Positions 11,745 to 25,164 of a DNA stretch of 64,000 nt are shown in pieces; position 1 is the first letter of the stretch, and each line of letters begins with the position of its first letter. This stretch comes from Octopus vulgaris. Its lineage: Eukaryota. Under the pieces are notes generated by a model. That model was not told the DNA's origin. It searched no databases and saw only the letters and a program-made list of their open reading frames with translations. The stretch spans positions 9,548,001 to 9,612,000 of the forward strand of contig OX597829.1 of assembly GCA_951406725.2 (NCBI GenBank), given 5' to 3'. Made by a program: the position numbers and the translations under genes.

Positions 11745-13017
11745 CGAGGGGCGTTCAATAAGTAATGCCACTGACCCGCTTGCAGTTGTTGGATCTAGCT
11801 GAAATTTTGCATGTGCAATTATTTGTATACCTCTATAGATTAAGTGACGAATTACAGCTCTGAACTAATTGTGGTTTCTGATTTACAGGTGTTTGAACTG
11901 AGTCAAGTGTGAAATGGAGCCTGTTGAGTGTCGAGCAGTGATCTGGTTTTTGTATTTGAAAGGACGCACACCACGGAAGACTTTTGATGAAATGAAAGTA
12001 ACTTATGGTGATGATGCCCCATCATATGACCTTGTAAAACGCTGGCATTGTGAATTCAAACATAGTCGGAACTCTGTGGAAAACAGCTCCCAGATCTGGT
12101 CGCCCCCTTCTGCCGTTGATGAGACGTCTGTCCGTCAAGTTGAGGCTGCCATTTTGGAAGATAGACGCATAACTATTTGCCAAATAGCCCATAAGGTCAA
12201 GATTAGTACCGGGTCTGTGGAAACTATCATTCATGACCATTTGCATATGCAAAAGGTGCCTGCCAGATGGATTCCCAGGTTGCTCACACCTTTCCAGAAG
12301 CAAGAACGCGTCGAGTGCTCGAGGATGAATTTGAAGATGTGCCAAGAAGATGAGTCAAAATTTTTCAAAAGACTGATCACACAGGATAAAACCTGGGTCC
12401 ATCACTATGATCCATAGACCAAAGCCCAGTCAATGCAGAGAAAGCACCGTGACTCACCTCCTCCACAGAAGGCAAGGGTGCAGCCCTCCGCTGACAAGGT
12501 TATGCTCACAGTCTTCTGGGACCAGGACGGAGTAGTGATGACAGATTTCCTGGCAAAGGGTACCACAATTACAGGAGCCTATTATGCTCCACTTTTGAGG
12601 AAATTAAGAGAAGCTATCAAAATCAAGAGGCGGGGCAAGATCAGCAAAGGCATCCTCCTCCTGCAGGACAACGCTCCGGTCCACAACTCGCTTGTCGCCA
12701 GATCAGAAGCACAGGCGTGCAGCTATGAACTCCTCCCCTTGCACCCTCTGATTTTCACTTCTTCCCAGCCATGAAGTTGATTTTGAAAGGAAAGCGTTTC
12801 CCAGATGATGCAGCCTTGATTTCTGAAGTCACGTCGTGGTTGGAGGACCAAGCTGGGGTCTTCTACAAAAACGGTCTCCAGAGCTGTACCAAACGATGGG
12901 AGAAATGCATAACTCTAGGTAGTTCCTATGTAGGAAAAGACTAATAACTGTGCCAAGTGTCGTTGCTCTACTGCTATGGGAAGTGGGTCAGGGGCATTAC
13001 TTATTGAACGCCCCTCG
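11745..13017 (+). mobile_element. Full-length mariner DNA transposon
   Basis: About 37-bp TIRs CGAGGGGCGTTCAATAAGTAATGCC... / ...GGCATTACTTATTGAACGCCCCTCG; TA target duplication. Confidence 0.97.
11914..12945 (+). pseudogene. Mariner transposase with in-frame stop (12415) and frameshifts
   Basis: WIPRLLT, ITQDKTWVHHYDP, VMLTVFWD, LLQDNAPVH motifs. Confidence 0.93.
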
Positions 13018-13439
13018 TATATATATATATATATACACGCACACACAACACAAAGCGCATCGTAATATTGTATTAAGTCATTGTCCACCTTCGACAGTAG
13101 AGGACCTGTGTGTGCACGCGAAGGTGGAAGTTTAATTCAATTAACATTAGAACTGAACCCTGAATGTCTTGTCAGTCGTCAAGCTCATCCAATAATACGT
13201 GTGTGTTTGAGTGTGTGTGTGTGCGTACGCATGTATTTATACCTATACGTTTGTCTACATGTGTGTCTGTATATGTTTCTATGCATGAGTGTGCGTGTTG
13301 CAAGAATGTGCACGCGCTTCTGGCGTAATGAGCAGTCGCAGAAATAAATGAGTGTATCTATGAGTGCAGTAATACCACTTGAAAAATAGTAAATTCCGAA
13401 ACAAAACCCTAGCAGCCTTGAAAGTCCGTGTTGCGTTGA

Positions 13440-13585
13440 TTCTTTTACTCTTTTACATATTCCAGTCATTTGACTGCAGCCATGCTGGAGCATCGCCTTA
13501 AAGTGTTCAGTAGAAGAAATAGATCCCAGGATTTATTCTTTGTAAGCCCAGTAAATATTCTAACGGTCTTATTTGCCGAACAGCC
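13440..13585 (-). mobile_element. SINE family A 3' fragment
   Basis: Reverse complement of the family A tail. Confidence 0.75.
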
Positions 13586-13957
13586 ACTAGTTGCCAAGTG
13601 ATAGTGGGAGGAGGGAGGACACACAGACACACAGACACACACACAAATACATACGTGTATATATATATATATATATAAATATATATATATATATTAACCG
13701 GTGTTGTTCAAACGATGAATATCTTTGCGTAAACCATGGTTCGCTTTTTTCTCTTACTTTATTATCATCTTATAATCATCTCATAATAATGACTTTTATG
13801 ACTTTTATTACTACCTCAGTCAATCTAAATGTATATATTTGTCGTTACCTGTCATAAATAGCCTTTTTTTATTTGCAATGTGCATTTTCGTTGATTTTTC
13901 ATATTTTACCCTTACATTTCCACGTGTATTTTATATTTTCTTTTCGTAACATATTTC

Positions 13958-13988
<31 letters not shown>

Positions 13989-14042
13989 TGCATACATACA
14001 TACATACATACATACATGCATGCATGCATACATATATATATA

Positions 14043-14786
14043 GCAATATGAAAATGGAGGGGATCAATAGTTGGTACATCAACTTTTAGACATTATATTA
14101 TGCTAACTTATTTATTTACTAAAGTGATAATTACAATAATATACATACATATAACATATTATGCTTTACATATAGGATATAAGATATAGTAATTTATAAG
14201 GATACCAGTAATTATTACCTTCTATATACTATATTATACCTATTGTGAATAACAGAATGCATCTAATATTAATAATATTAGTAATAACTGATTATTGTAT
14301 ATGCTTATAGATGTAAATATGTATGTATATTTCAGTATATATATATAGGTATTTATGTAAATCTATATATGTATGTATATGTATATATTAGTATTCAAAC
14401 GTGTGTGAATTTTATTTATTTTATATTTATACTTATTTATAACTTAACATTATGTACTTTATAATCTCTGACGAAGCCTAAAGATATACCCAAGTACCTC
14501 ATTTTCATCTAACTATTACTCCACTCCACTTGAGTAATAAAGGTAGAATGAGGTATTTTTACCTCTTGGCTGAAACAGCTGTAAGTTATTTTCCCAATTT
14601 ATATTCATGTTTGTTATTTTATAATAATTACTGGTATCCTTATACATTACTATATTTTATATCCTATATGTAAAGCATATGTTATATATATGATTGTAAT
14701 TATCAGTTTAGTAAATAAATAAGTTAACATAATATAATGTCTAAAAGCTGATGCACCAACTATTGATCCCCTCCATTTCTTATTGG
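14043..14786. mobile_element. PLE-derived fragment with about 170-bp inverted arms flanking a hammerhead
   Basis: 14043-14217 is the reverse complement of 14623-14786. Confidence 0.8.
14461..14590 (+). ncRNA. Type-I hammerhead ribozyme, canonical core, long stem II
   Basis: ATAATCT-CTGACGA-AGCC...GGCT-GAAA-CAGCTG-TA-AGTTAT; nested helices TACCTCATT/AATGAGGTA and TATTACTC/GAGTAATA. Confidence 0.85.
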
Positions 14787-16664
14787 TAAAATATATTTTA
14801 GTACACTAGGTAATGTAATTGCAATGCAATAAAAACACTTGTGTATTAACAATTGGGTATTCTACCAGCAGTATATTGGATAGATATTATCCCTTAGTGG
14901 GTTGGATTCACAACCTCTAACTTTCTTGGAGTTTTATATAGACGTCTACCAAATCCACTCACAAGGCTTTGGTTGGCCATTGGCTATAGTAGAAGACACT
15001 TGCCTAATGTGCCATGCAGTGGGACTGAACCCGGAACTTCTCTAAAGTAAACAGAAAAGTACTTGGCAGTTTTTAAACAGATTTGTTTGAGACGACAAGA
15101 TCACGTTGTTCTTCGACCGTTTAAAGAATAAATTATTCAAAAGATTTTATGCATAGCTGTAGCTTTTAAATATCTAATATTAATATCCACCTTGATTTCC
15201 AATGATAAGCTTAGCAGACTACATAATTAATTCCATGTTTCACTATACGGTAACACATTATGACACCCTATAATACAATCCATAGAAGCATCTCATAAGT
15301 GTAGTATGCATGCACAAGATGGGATACATCCTTAGAGAGACGAGAAATCTCTGACCAATATTATTTGTATTCATAAATTCCGTCGAGGTCGACTTCGCCT
15401 TTTTATCCTTTCGGAGTTGATAAAATAAGAACCTGTTAATTGTTGGGGGTCGGTGTAATCGACTTATCCCACCCCACTCCAAACTTGCTGGCCTTGTGCA
15501 AAAATTTGAGACTATTACCATTAGTATGTATACTGTGCTTATGAGCTACATGTGTGAAATGCATTTATAGTGAGAAATGATTTATTATCGATTACTGAAA
15601 CATGTAGCAATACCAAATTCAAATCCATTTTCTCTTCTCTCGTGACACACACACACACACACACACACACTCCTATGTTGTATCACACTTGAGCCATCAA
15701 CAGACCTTGTGATTGTTTTTCATCCACTCACATCCAGTTGATATCATAGCCGAATAATACCTAAGCATCTGTCTTTTTCCCTTTCCAAACACCGAAATTA
15801 GTAAAAAGAAGGAAATGGTCATTGCACCGAGAAAAGGGTCAGGCAGCAGCAGTCATTCTAGGATTCCGCTCTTTGCTGCTAAACTCAAACAGCATAGTTT
15901 AAAGGAAATCCAACAGAATGTTTGTTGGCCTCGCAACGTCCCATTTCTCATATCTCTTTCACTCAAACTTCATCCGTCCCTATGTTTTCTTACTCCACTT
16001 TTCCTCTCTATCTCTCTCATCCTCGCACTATTTTTATTACTATAATTCTTTTTCTTTATTTTTTTTTGCTGTCTGTCTGTCAATCTGTCTGACTGTCTGT
16101 TTTCCGTTAAATCTCTTTATATATACGTCAGTCATTCTGTCACACACGCACACAAATACAAAGATTCTTTCTCTTTAAGTCTCTTTGTTTCTAACTCTCT
16201 CTCTTTCTTTCACTCTTTCTCTCACTCTCTCTCCCCTACCTCTCTCCCCCTCTCTTCTTCATTCCCTAAAAATTGTTTATTTGATCACCTCTCTGTCCCT
16301 TGGATACATGCTATTTCCCAACTCTTCTCACCTATTCTTTTCCTGATATATGTGTGTGTGTGTATGTATATATGTATTAAATATGTTATGTGTGTGTGTG
16401 TGTGTGTGTACGTACATGTATATATGTACTACGTAGTATGTATGTATGTGTGTATGTATGTATGTATATATATATATACTTTTATTCTTCTACTAAGATT
16501 TTAGTCGAAGAAATCGATCCCAGGACTTATATTTTGTAAGCCTAGTATTTATTCTATCGGTCTCTTTGGCCGGACTGCTATATTGCGGGGACATAAACAC
16601 ACACCAACATCGGTTGTCAAGCTATGGTGGGAGGAGACAATTACAGACATACACGCATGAACAG

Positions 16665-16871
16665 TAAAATTTCCACTTATTCCTTTTGTATTTTTCTAAA
16701 ATTTTCATTGTCTTGCAACCTTTTCAATAGTCTTGACTCAAAACTATTGAAAAGGTTGCCAGACGCAAGGAAAAATTTTGAAAAATACAAAACGAAATAA
16801 GTCGTAATTTTACCGGTGAGTGTGTTAAAATATAAGGCACTAAAAAAGAATGACTCTCACCGGATACAACA

Positions 16872-16875
<4 letters not shown>
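16665..16875. repeat. Fold-back repeat; arm related to 28650-28780
   Basis: GCAACCTTTTCAATAGT / ACTATTGAAAAGGTTGC and flanking arms. Confidence 0.75.
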
Positions 16876-16917
<42 letters not shown>

Positions 16918-16921
<4 letters not shown>

Positions 16922-17033
16922 CTCTTGAAGAGCGTAGGCTCGAAACGTAAAAGACTTTCTCACTTTCACGAGCGTCAAACTAATATACCTGCTTGTTGTT
17001 TATACACCTGTCTCCGTCCTTTGTTTTTCTGTA

Positions 17034-17040
<7 letters not shown>
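16918..17040 (+). mobile_element. PLE 3' terminus with decayed HHR, same family as 38470-38600
   Basis: GAGC GTAG GCTC-GAAA-CG-TA-AAAG between (TA)n tracts. Confidence 0.65.
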
Positions 17041-17065
<25 letters not shown>

Positions 17066-17069
<4 letters not shown>

Positions 17070-17210
17070 GGCTTCTTTCAGTTTCTGTCTACCAAATCCA
17101 CACAAAAGGCTTTGGTTAACCCGAGGCCATAATAGAATACACTTTTCCAATGTGCCACGCAGTGGGACTGAACCCAGAACCATGTGGTTGGGAAGCAAGC
17201 TTCATACCAC
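17066..17210 (-). mobile_element. SINE family A 5' half
   Basis: Reverse complement of the tRNA-like head. Confidence 0.8.
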
Positions 17211-17289
17211 ACACCCACCCCTGGACTATATACACGCACATGCATACACACACACGCACGCACACACTCATAAATAAATATATATAAGC

Positions 17290-17650
17290 GAAGGTGTGGC
17301 TGTGAGGTAAGAAATTTGCTTCCCAGTCTCATGGTTCCTGGTTCAGTCCCACTGGGTAGCACCTTTGACAGGTGTCTTCTAATGCAATCTCGAGATGACC
17401 AAAGCTCTGTAAGCGGAGTCGGTAGACGGAAACTGAAAGAAACCCGTCGCACATGTGTGGGTTTGGGTTTGCGCGCGCGTGTTTACGTTCCCGTGACCTA
17501 GCTGTTCGGTAAAAGAAACCGATAGAATACGTACCAAGCTTAAAAGAAAAAAACAAGAATAAGTCTTTGAATCGATTTGTTCCATTAAAACCTTTCAAGG
17601 CGGTGCCCCAGCTTAGCCGCAGTCTAGTGACTGAAACAAGTCAAGGATAA
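17290..17650 (+). mobile_element. SINE family A
   Basis: Head plus GGCGGTGCCCCAGC tail. Confidence 0.85.
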
Positions 17651-17679
17651 CGATATGTATTATTAAGTAAGAATAATAC

Positions 17680-17728
17680 TGACAATGACTTCGAAGTTTC
17701 GGCCAGCTACGCCATCGTCGGAGTGGCA
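17680..17728 (-). ncRNA. Degenerate hammerhead (related to the pair at 47307-47422)
   Basis: Minus strand: CCGACGA-T-GGC GTAGCTG GCC-GAAA-CTTCGAAG-TC; stem I poorly paired. Confidence 0.45.
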
Positions 17729-17805
17729 TTTTATACGTGTAATTGTGTGTGTGTGTGTGTGTGTACAGGTATATTTTAATATATATATAGTGGCTTAAAT
17801 AAAAA

Positions 17806-18150
17806 TTAGAATTTTCTTCAGGTCGAGTAGCCCATTCCGCTCAAAAGTTCCTTGAATAAGGGTTGTTTAAGGATGTTGAACAAAAAACCTGTTTCCAAAG
17901 GTGAATTATTCAAACTCCAAAGAATCTCTCTCAACACACCGCTATGATGCTCCCCCACCACATCTACTCGCGTTCAGAGATGCACATATCGTCAGCAAGG
18001 TCAAACAACTAACAAGCAAATCTGTGGCATTGAGCAGAATATTTACTGTAGCCCATCTTTTATACTAAGATGAAGCAATGTACATGATAACACTTACAAT
18101 CAGTTAAGATCAGAAGCCATGAGAGCCACTGCCTGGTACTGCATCAGGGC

Positions 18151-18220
<70 letters not shown>

Positions 18221-18242
18221 ATTATTATTATTATTATTATTA

Positions 18243-18274
<32 letters not shown>

Positions 18275-18724
18275 GAGTGAGAGAGCAGTGCATGCCATCA
18301 AAGTGACACTGGGGTAAAATATACGAAGCCCAATATACCCATCATGACTACCCGTCTGATAAGGGTACACCAGGCACATGCATCGCAACCATATGTGCGC
18401 GACATGGTGATCTCATATCAAGATAAACAGCGCATGACCTTGCAGGTGGGGCCCAGTTAGAATTTTCTTCAGGTTGAGTAGCCCATCCCGCTCAAAAGGT
18501 CCCTGAATAAGGGTTGTTTAAGGATGTTGAAAGAACCACCCATGTTTCCAGAGGTGAATTATTCAAACCCCAAAGAATCCCTCTCAACACATGGCTATGA
18601 TGCTCCCCCACTACTTCTGCTCGTGATCAGAGATGCACATATCGTCAGCCACTAAGGGACATGCTCAACTGGTTAAGGTCAAACAACTGACAAGCAAATC
18701 TGTGGTATTGAGCAGAATATTTCT

Positions 18725-18801
<77 letters not shown>

Positions 18802-19225
18802 GAGTGAGAGAGTAGTGCATGCCATCAAAGTGACACTGGGGTAAAATATACGAAGCCCAATATACCCATCATGACTACCCGTCTGATAAGGGTACACCAG
18901 GCACATGCATCACAACCATATGTGCGCCACATGGTGATCTCATATCAAGATAAACAGCACATGACCTTGCATGTGGGGCCCAGTTAGAATTTTCGTCAGG
19001 TTGAGTAGCCTATCTCGCTCAAAAGGTCCCTGAATAAGGGTTTTTTATGGATGTTGAAAGAACCACCCATGTTTCCAGAGATGAATTATTCAAACCCCAA
19101 AGAATCCCTCTCAACACATGGCTATGATGCTCTCCCACTACTTCTGCTCGTGATCAGAGATGCACATATCGTCAGCCACTAAGGGACATGCTCAACTGGT
19201 TAAGGTCAAACAACTAATAAGCAAT
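17806..19225 (-). mobile_element. Three head-to-tail copies of a non-coding retroposon separated by (ATT)n
   Basis: Copies at 17806-18152, 18273-18727 and 18801-19225; constant end TGAGTGAGAGAG and variable other end; more copies at 20875-21285 and 25023-25160. Confidence 0.85.
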
Positions 19226-19244
19226 ATTATTATTATTATTATTA

Positions 19245-19980
19245 TTCAGTAGTTTTATTTTTATAGCGTGCTTCCACTTCACTACCGAGCGCAGCTCTGT
19301 GTGCCTTGGGTATGTGCTGTGATTTGTTGTGATGCTCTGATGGTTATTGTATGGAAAGTGTTCTGCGTAGGATGTGTGCAGTGCCTAGTAGTGCAATTTT
19401 CTGTATGTTATATGTGTTTGTAAGTCCTGGTGTTTTTGTTATGTATTTGTCTGAATATTTTTTTATCATGCCTAATGCACCTACTATGATAGGAATTGTT
19501 TCTGTTTTCAGATTCCACATTCTAGTTACCTCTATTTCCAGGTCTTTGTATTTTGAGAGTTTCTCCATTTCTTTAGAGACACGTTGTCATCTGCCGGTAT
19601 TGATACATCAATTAGAAAGCATTTTTTTCTTCATGATCTCTGACAACTATATCTGGTCTGTTGGCCTTAATTTCTGTATCTGTGTGTATCGGCATATCCC
19701 AGAGTATGGTTGCTTTCTCGTTTTCTGTGACCTTTTCTGGTGTGTGCCTATACCATCTTTTTTCTGTTGTTATTCCATAATGTTGTCATAGCTTCCAATG
19801 TATGTAGGTTCCAACTCTGTCATGTCTGTGAATATATTCCTTCTTAGCCAGGACTGGGCAGCTAGAGATAATATGATTTATTGTTTCTTGTCCATCTCCA
19901 CATATTCTGCAGTTACTTGTAATATTTCTTTTCATTACATGTTTTTGGTAATTTCTGGGAGGCTTTGGTCTTGTGCTGCA
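19245..19980 (-). mobile_element. 5'-truncated restriction-like-endonuclease non-LTR retrotransposon (R4/Dong-like) in (ATT)n
   Basis: CCHC knuckle CRICGDGQETINHIISSC, RHDRV, KY.DL...W...PIIVGALG, ALLGTAHILR; further 3' ends at 20235-20370 and 20460-20760. Confidence 0.9.
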
Positions 19981-20238
<258 letters not shown>

Positions 20239-20398
20239 TAGTTTTATTTTATAGCGTGCTTTCACTTCACTACCGAGCACAGCTCTGTGTGCCTTGGGTA
20301 TGTGCTGTGATTTGTTGTGATGCTCTGATGGTTATTGTATGGAAAGTGTTCTGCGTAGGATGTGTGCAGAATATTATTATTATTATTATTATTATTAA

Positions 20399-20459
<61 letters not shown>

Positions 20460-21420
20460 TGGTAGTCTTATCTTTATCATGTGCTTTCACTGTGCCTTAA
20501 GTATGTGCTATGAGCTGTGCTCTTGTTTTCAGTGTATTTAAAGTGTTTTACGTAGGATGTGTCCGGTGCCTAGTAGTGCTACATTTTGTATTACATATCC
20601 TGGTGTAGATCCTGGTGTTTTTGTTAAGTATTTGTCTGAATGTTTTTTTTAATCATATCTAATACGTCTACTTATAACAGGAATTGTTTGTTTTTCCGTT
20701 CCACTTTAGAGTTACCTCCACTTTCAGATCTTTGTATTTTCAAAGTTTCTCTCTTTCTTTTATCATCATCATCATCATTATCATCAACATCATCATCATC
20801 ATCATCATTATCATCATCATCATCATCATTATCATCATCATCATCATCATCATTATCATCATCATCATCATCATTGAGTAAGAGCGCAGTGCATGCCATC
20901 AAAGTGACACTGGGGTAAAATATACAAATCCCAGTATACCCATCATGACTACTCGTCTGATAAGCGTACACCAGACACATGCATCACAACCATATGTGCG
21001 CGACATGGTGATCTCATATCAAGATAAACAGCGCCTGATCTTGCAGGTGGGGCACAATTAGAATTTCCTTCAGGTCGAGTAGCCCATCCCGCTGAATTAT
21101 CCAAACCCCAAAGAATCCCTCTCAACACATGGCTATGATGCTCCCCCACTACTTCTGCTCGTGATCAGAGATGCACATATCGTCAGCCACTAAGGGACAT
21201 GCTCAACTGGTTAAGGTCAAACAACTGACAAGCAAATCTGTGGTATTGAGCAGAATATTTGCTGTAAAACCCATCTTTTATACCGTATTATTATTTGTTG
21301 CTTTATGTCGAGCGAATGAGAAAGAGGTTCTCAAAATATGCTGACTCGAATCTCATTCGATATGTGCGCGTGTGAGTGTATGTGTATACGAATTTATAAA
21401 TACCTTTACTGAACAGTATG

Positions 21421-21461
<41 letters not shown>

Positions 21462-21497
21462 ACACACACACACATACACACACACACATATATATAT

Positions 21498-21695
21498 ATA
21501 AAGTGATGGCTTGTTGCCAAATTAATGTGGCATCCCAGGAAAGGGAAGAGTTTTACTGTTATTAAGCCCCGAGAAACACCGTTTCTAGTTGGCTACGTGA
21601 CACAAGCGTTCTGTGTCCTTAAGGACTAAATTACGGAAACATTCTTCTCTTTCCTGGGACTGCCACATTAAGTTGGCAACAAGCCATCACTTTAT
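21498..21695. repeat. About 200-bp fold-back element with about 50-bp terminal inverted arms
   Basis: ATAAAGTGATGGCTTGTTGCCAA... / ...TTGGCAACAAGCCATCACTTTAT. Confidence 0.85.
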
Positions 21696-21737
21696 CGTGC
21701 TGCTACTGTATAACTCTCATTGAGAGATTTAAAAATG

Positions 21738-21812
<75 letters not shown>

Positions 21813-21908
21813 ATCCTCCATCTTTCTTTCCTTTTCTGAGCGTCCAATAAGACTGTACTTGTTCCACGTCCTCACGTTGTTGTGTTTTCTCTTTGTTCAT
21901 GTTTGGAT

Positions 21909-21959
<51 letters not shown>

Positions 21960-21967
<8 letters not shown>

Positions 21968-24250
21968 CAGTTTGTCTGTCTGTGTGTCTGTCAGGTTGTA
22001 CCCTCACCTTGACCACGGCTTTCAACCGATTCTGATGAAACTTGACACACACATAGCCCAATGTCATAATTCAAAACTAAACGCAGCGAAAATTTTGAAA
22101 AGTTCCCCCAGTTCTGAAAAAAGTTGGTAAATTCGACATGGGGTCGATAATCTAAGCTTATCATATGCAACACATTTTCCGTTGTAGTTTTCGCAACTTG
22201 CAATCGATTTTCCCCAAACTCATGGTGAAGCTTAATGTTACCCTAGGGAACTTAATTCTGCCGTTAGTTTTCCATGCAATACCTTACCATCAGAAAAAAT
22301 CGATAAAATCATGCCATTTTGGGAAATTGCGTTCAAATTCAAGATGACATATTTTCGACAATATCTTTCACAAATTGGCAGGAATTTTTTTGAAATTCAC
22401 AGCGAGCATCATGTCTGCTCCAAAGAGCTATATGGCCCTTTTGATTTCAATAGGATACGTTATTACTGGAAAAAATTGGTTAATTACATCATATGTGGCA
22501 CACATTGCAAACCGATTTTTCTGCGATATTTTTTGAAAGTTCACGTAGATTTTCCCTACACCGATGTTGGACATCAAGTTTGCATTAAATGTCAAACTAA
22601 CGACCTTTTGTCAATGCAGTTAAGAAGTATTGGGAGAAATCGACAAAACCATATCATTTTGAGACCGACCATGCGAACCCTACAAAACTAACTTTTGTTA
22701 AATAGTTGGCGGATTTCGGGCGATTTAGTCGATTTTTGCCGCTTTTATCATAAAGGTTACAAGAAATGTCATATGTTTTCCTTTTGCTTCAAATCCGAGC
22801 AATGTTGGGCTGTAGATGCGTTTGCGGTTGTGTGCGCACGTGCCCGCGTGTCCTTGACACGATGATTGCAGCTCTTCCCATTGGCTCCCCAAACGGTGAA
22901 CAATGCTCTCAATTAAACACCCTTTGGCCAATCACATGCACTGACACACTCAGTTGTGCGCGTATAGTTTCTGACTCCCACTTCTTCTCTCGGTTCACAC
23001 GTTGGCCTACTTCTGCTAATCGTTGCTGCAGCCGCAAGTTATTCGAATACTTTTTTTGTTTAAACTTTCTTTATAACTACCACCCCAAACGTTTTACCTT
23101 AAATTTTTGACGTCCCCTAAGGGTCCTCGGACGCTACTTACAAACTATTGGTTTATTATAAACCGCTTTTGTCGTGTGCACCAAAAAACCTTTTCCATTC
23201 GTTTGTTCAGTTTGGTCCCTTTTCGCTTTTTCGTTGTTGTCACTCACATTGCTGCCCGCTTTTTTGCCGTTTTTGTACATTTTTATGCATTTTGGAATAC
23301 TTACCCAACGTGTTCCTTTTTATTACACCTTTGCCAAACACATTGCTATCCACCAAAATACCACCCAAGAAGAGAAGGACCCTCCTCAACCCTCGGACGT
23401 CCAAGGCATCGGCTGCTAGGGCTAGAAGGGCACGCGAGACCCACGAGGAAACCGCCTTGCGCCTCTCGCAAAAAGCTTCCCGTTCTGCCGCTGCTCAGGC
23501 ATATGAAACTAGCGACCGTTCTACCTGACGTGGAAGGGCCGCAGCGTACAGATCTTCCCTCCGCTCGAGGTTGACGAAAGAGCAACAATCCAGCCAAAAC
23601 ATGCGGGCTTCTTCCTGTGCTTCTATCCGCAGAGCTCGCGAGAACCCCGAACAAAGGGCCATTCGGAATGCGGCTAACGCCGCTAGCACCGCCAGGACAC
23701 GATCTGCCGAAACCTCACAGCAGAGGAGAACTCGCCAAGCTGCTGACGCCGCAAACACAGCCACGGCTCGATCTGCCGAAACATCTCAACACCAAACGCT
23801 ACAAATCGCTGGGTTACATTTGGGCGAACAGTGCTTCGCCTACGGTCAACTCTACATGGGCTGTTCACGCTTTGGGAGGCGCAATGATATTTACATGTTT
23901 TCGCCTAAAGGGACAGCTAGGAACTTCGTATACACAGAAGTATTGGAGTGAAGAGAAGATGTTGCAACCTACACATGCGCCTTCGTTCCCTAGAGTGAAA
24001 GAACTAGATCGGGATTAGTCGTTGCCTATAGAGGCTCCCAAGCCCCTTTTCGCTAGACTTAAGTTAGGATTGGGTAGGGCTTACCTGTGGTCCGAACCCA
24101 ACTTGGGTTCGGTGGGGTCGGTGTCAAAAGGGCCGGCATGTGCAGCCTTATCACCTCTGCCTGTCAAACTCCCAACCCATGCGTTCCTGTCGCGACACTG
24201 ATCCCGCAGAACTGGGTTGGGTGTGCTAAACAAAACCAGTACGATTAAGT
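21960..24250 (+). mobile_element. Internally deleted Helitron (3' boundary uncertain)
   Basis: Helitron-type 5' end (GTCT repeats, CCGATTCTGATGAAACTT); RepHel-like N-terminal ET..Q.R repeats fused to the helicase C-terminus QTLQIAGLHLGEQCFAYGQLYMGCSR...NFVYTEVL at 23790-23951. Confidence 0.8.
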
Positions 24251-24460
24251 CCCTTTTTAATTGACTGAGTTTCTTTAGGTTTTTTTTTTTATTAGATGTA
24301 ACGGTGTGGTTAAGAAACTTGCTTCCCGACCATGTAACCTTTAATTCGGTGTCACTGAACGGCTCAAGCATGTTTCTTCTATTATTGCCCTGGATCAAGT
24401 CAGCGAGCTGGCAGAATCGTTAGCACGCCGGGCAAAATACTTAGCGGCATTTCTCCGGCA

Positions 24461-25023
<563 letters not shown>

Positions 25024-25164
25024 GAGTGAGCGAGCATGCCATCAAAGTGACACTGGGGTAAAATATACGAAGCCAAGTATACCCCTCATGACTACCCGTC
25101 TGATAAGAGTACATCAGGCACATGCATCATAACCATATGCGTGTGACATGGTGATCTCTGGAGA

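Noticed and set aside
22031-22045. CTGATGAAAC resembling a hammerhead core
   Set aside because: No stems I-III; it is part of the Helitron-type 5' motif
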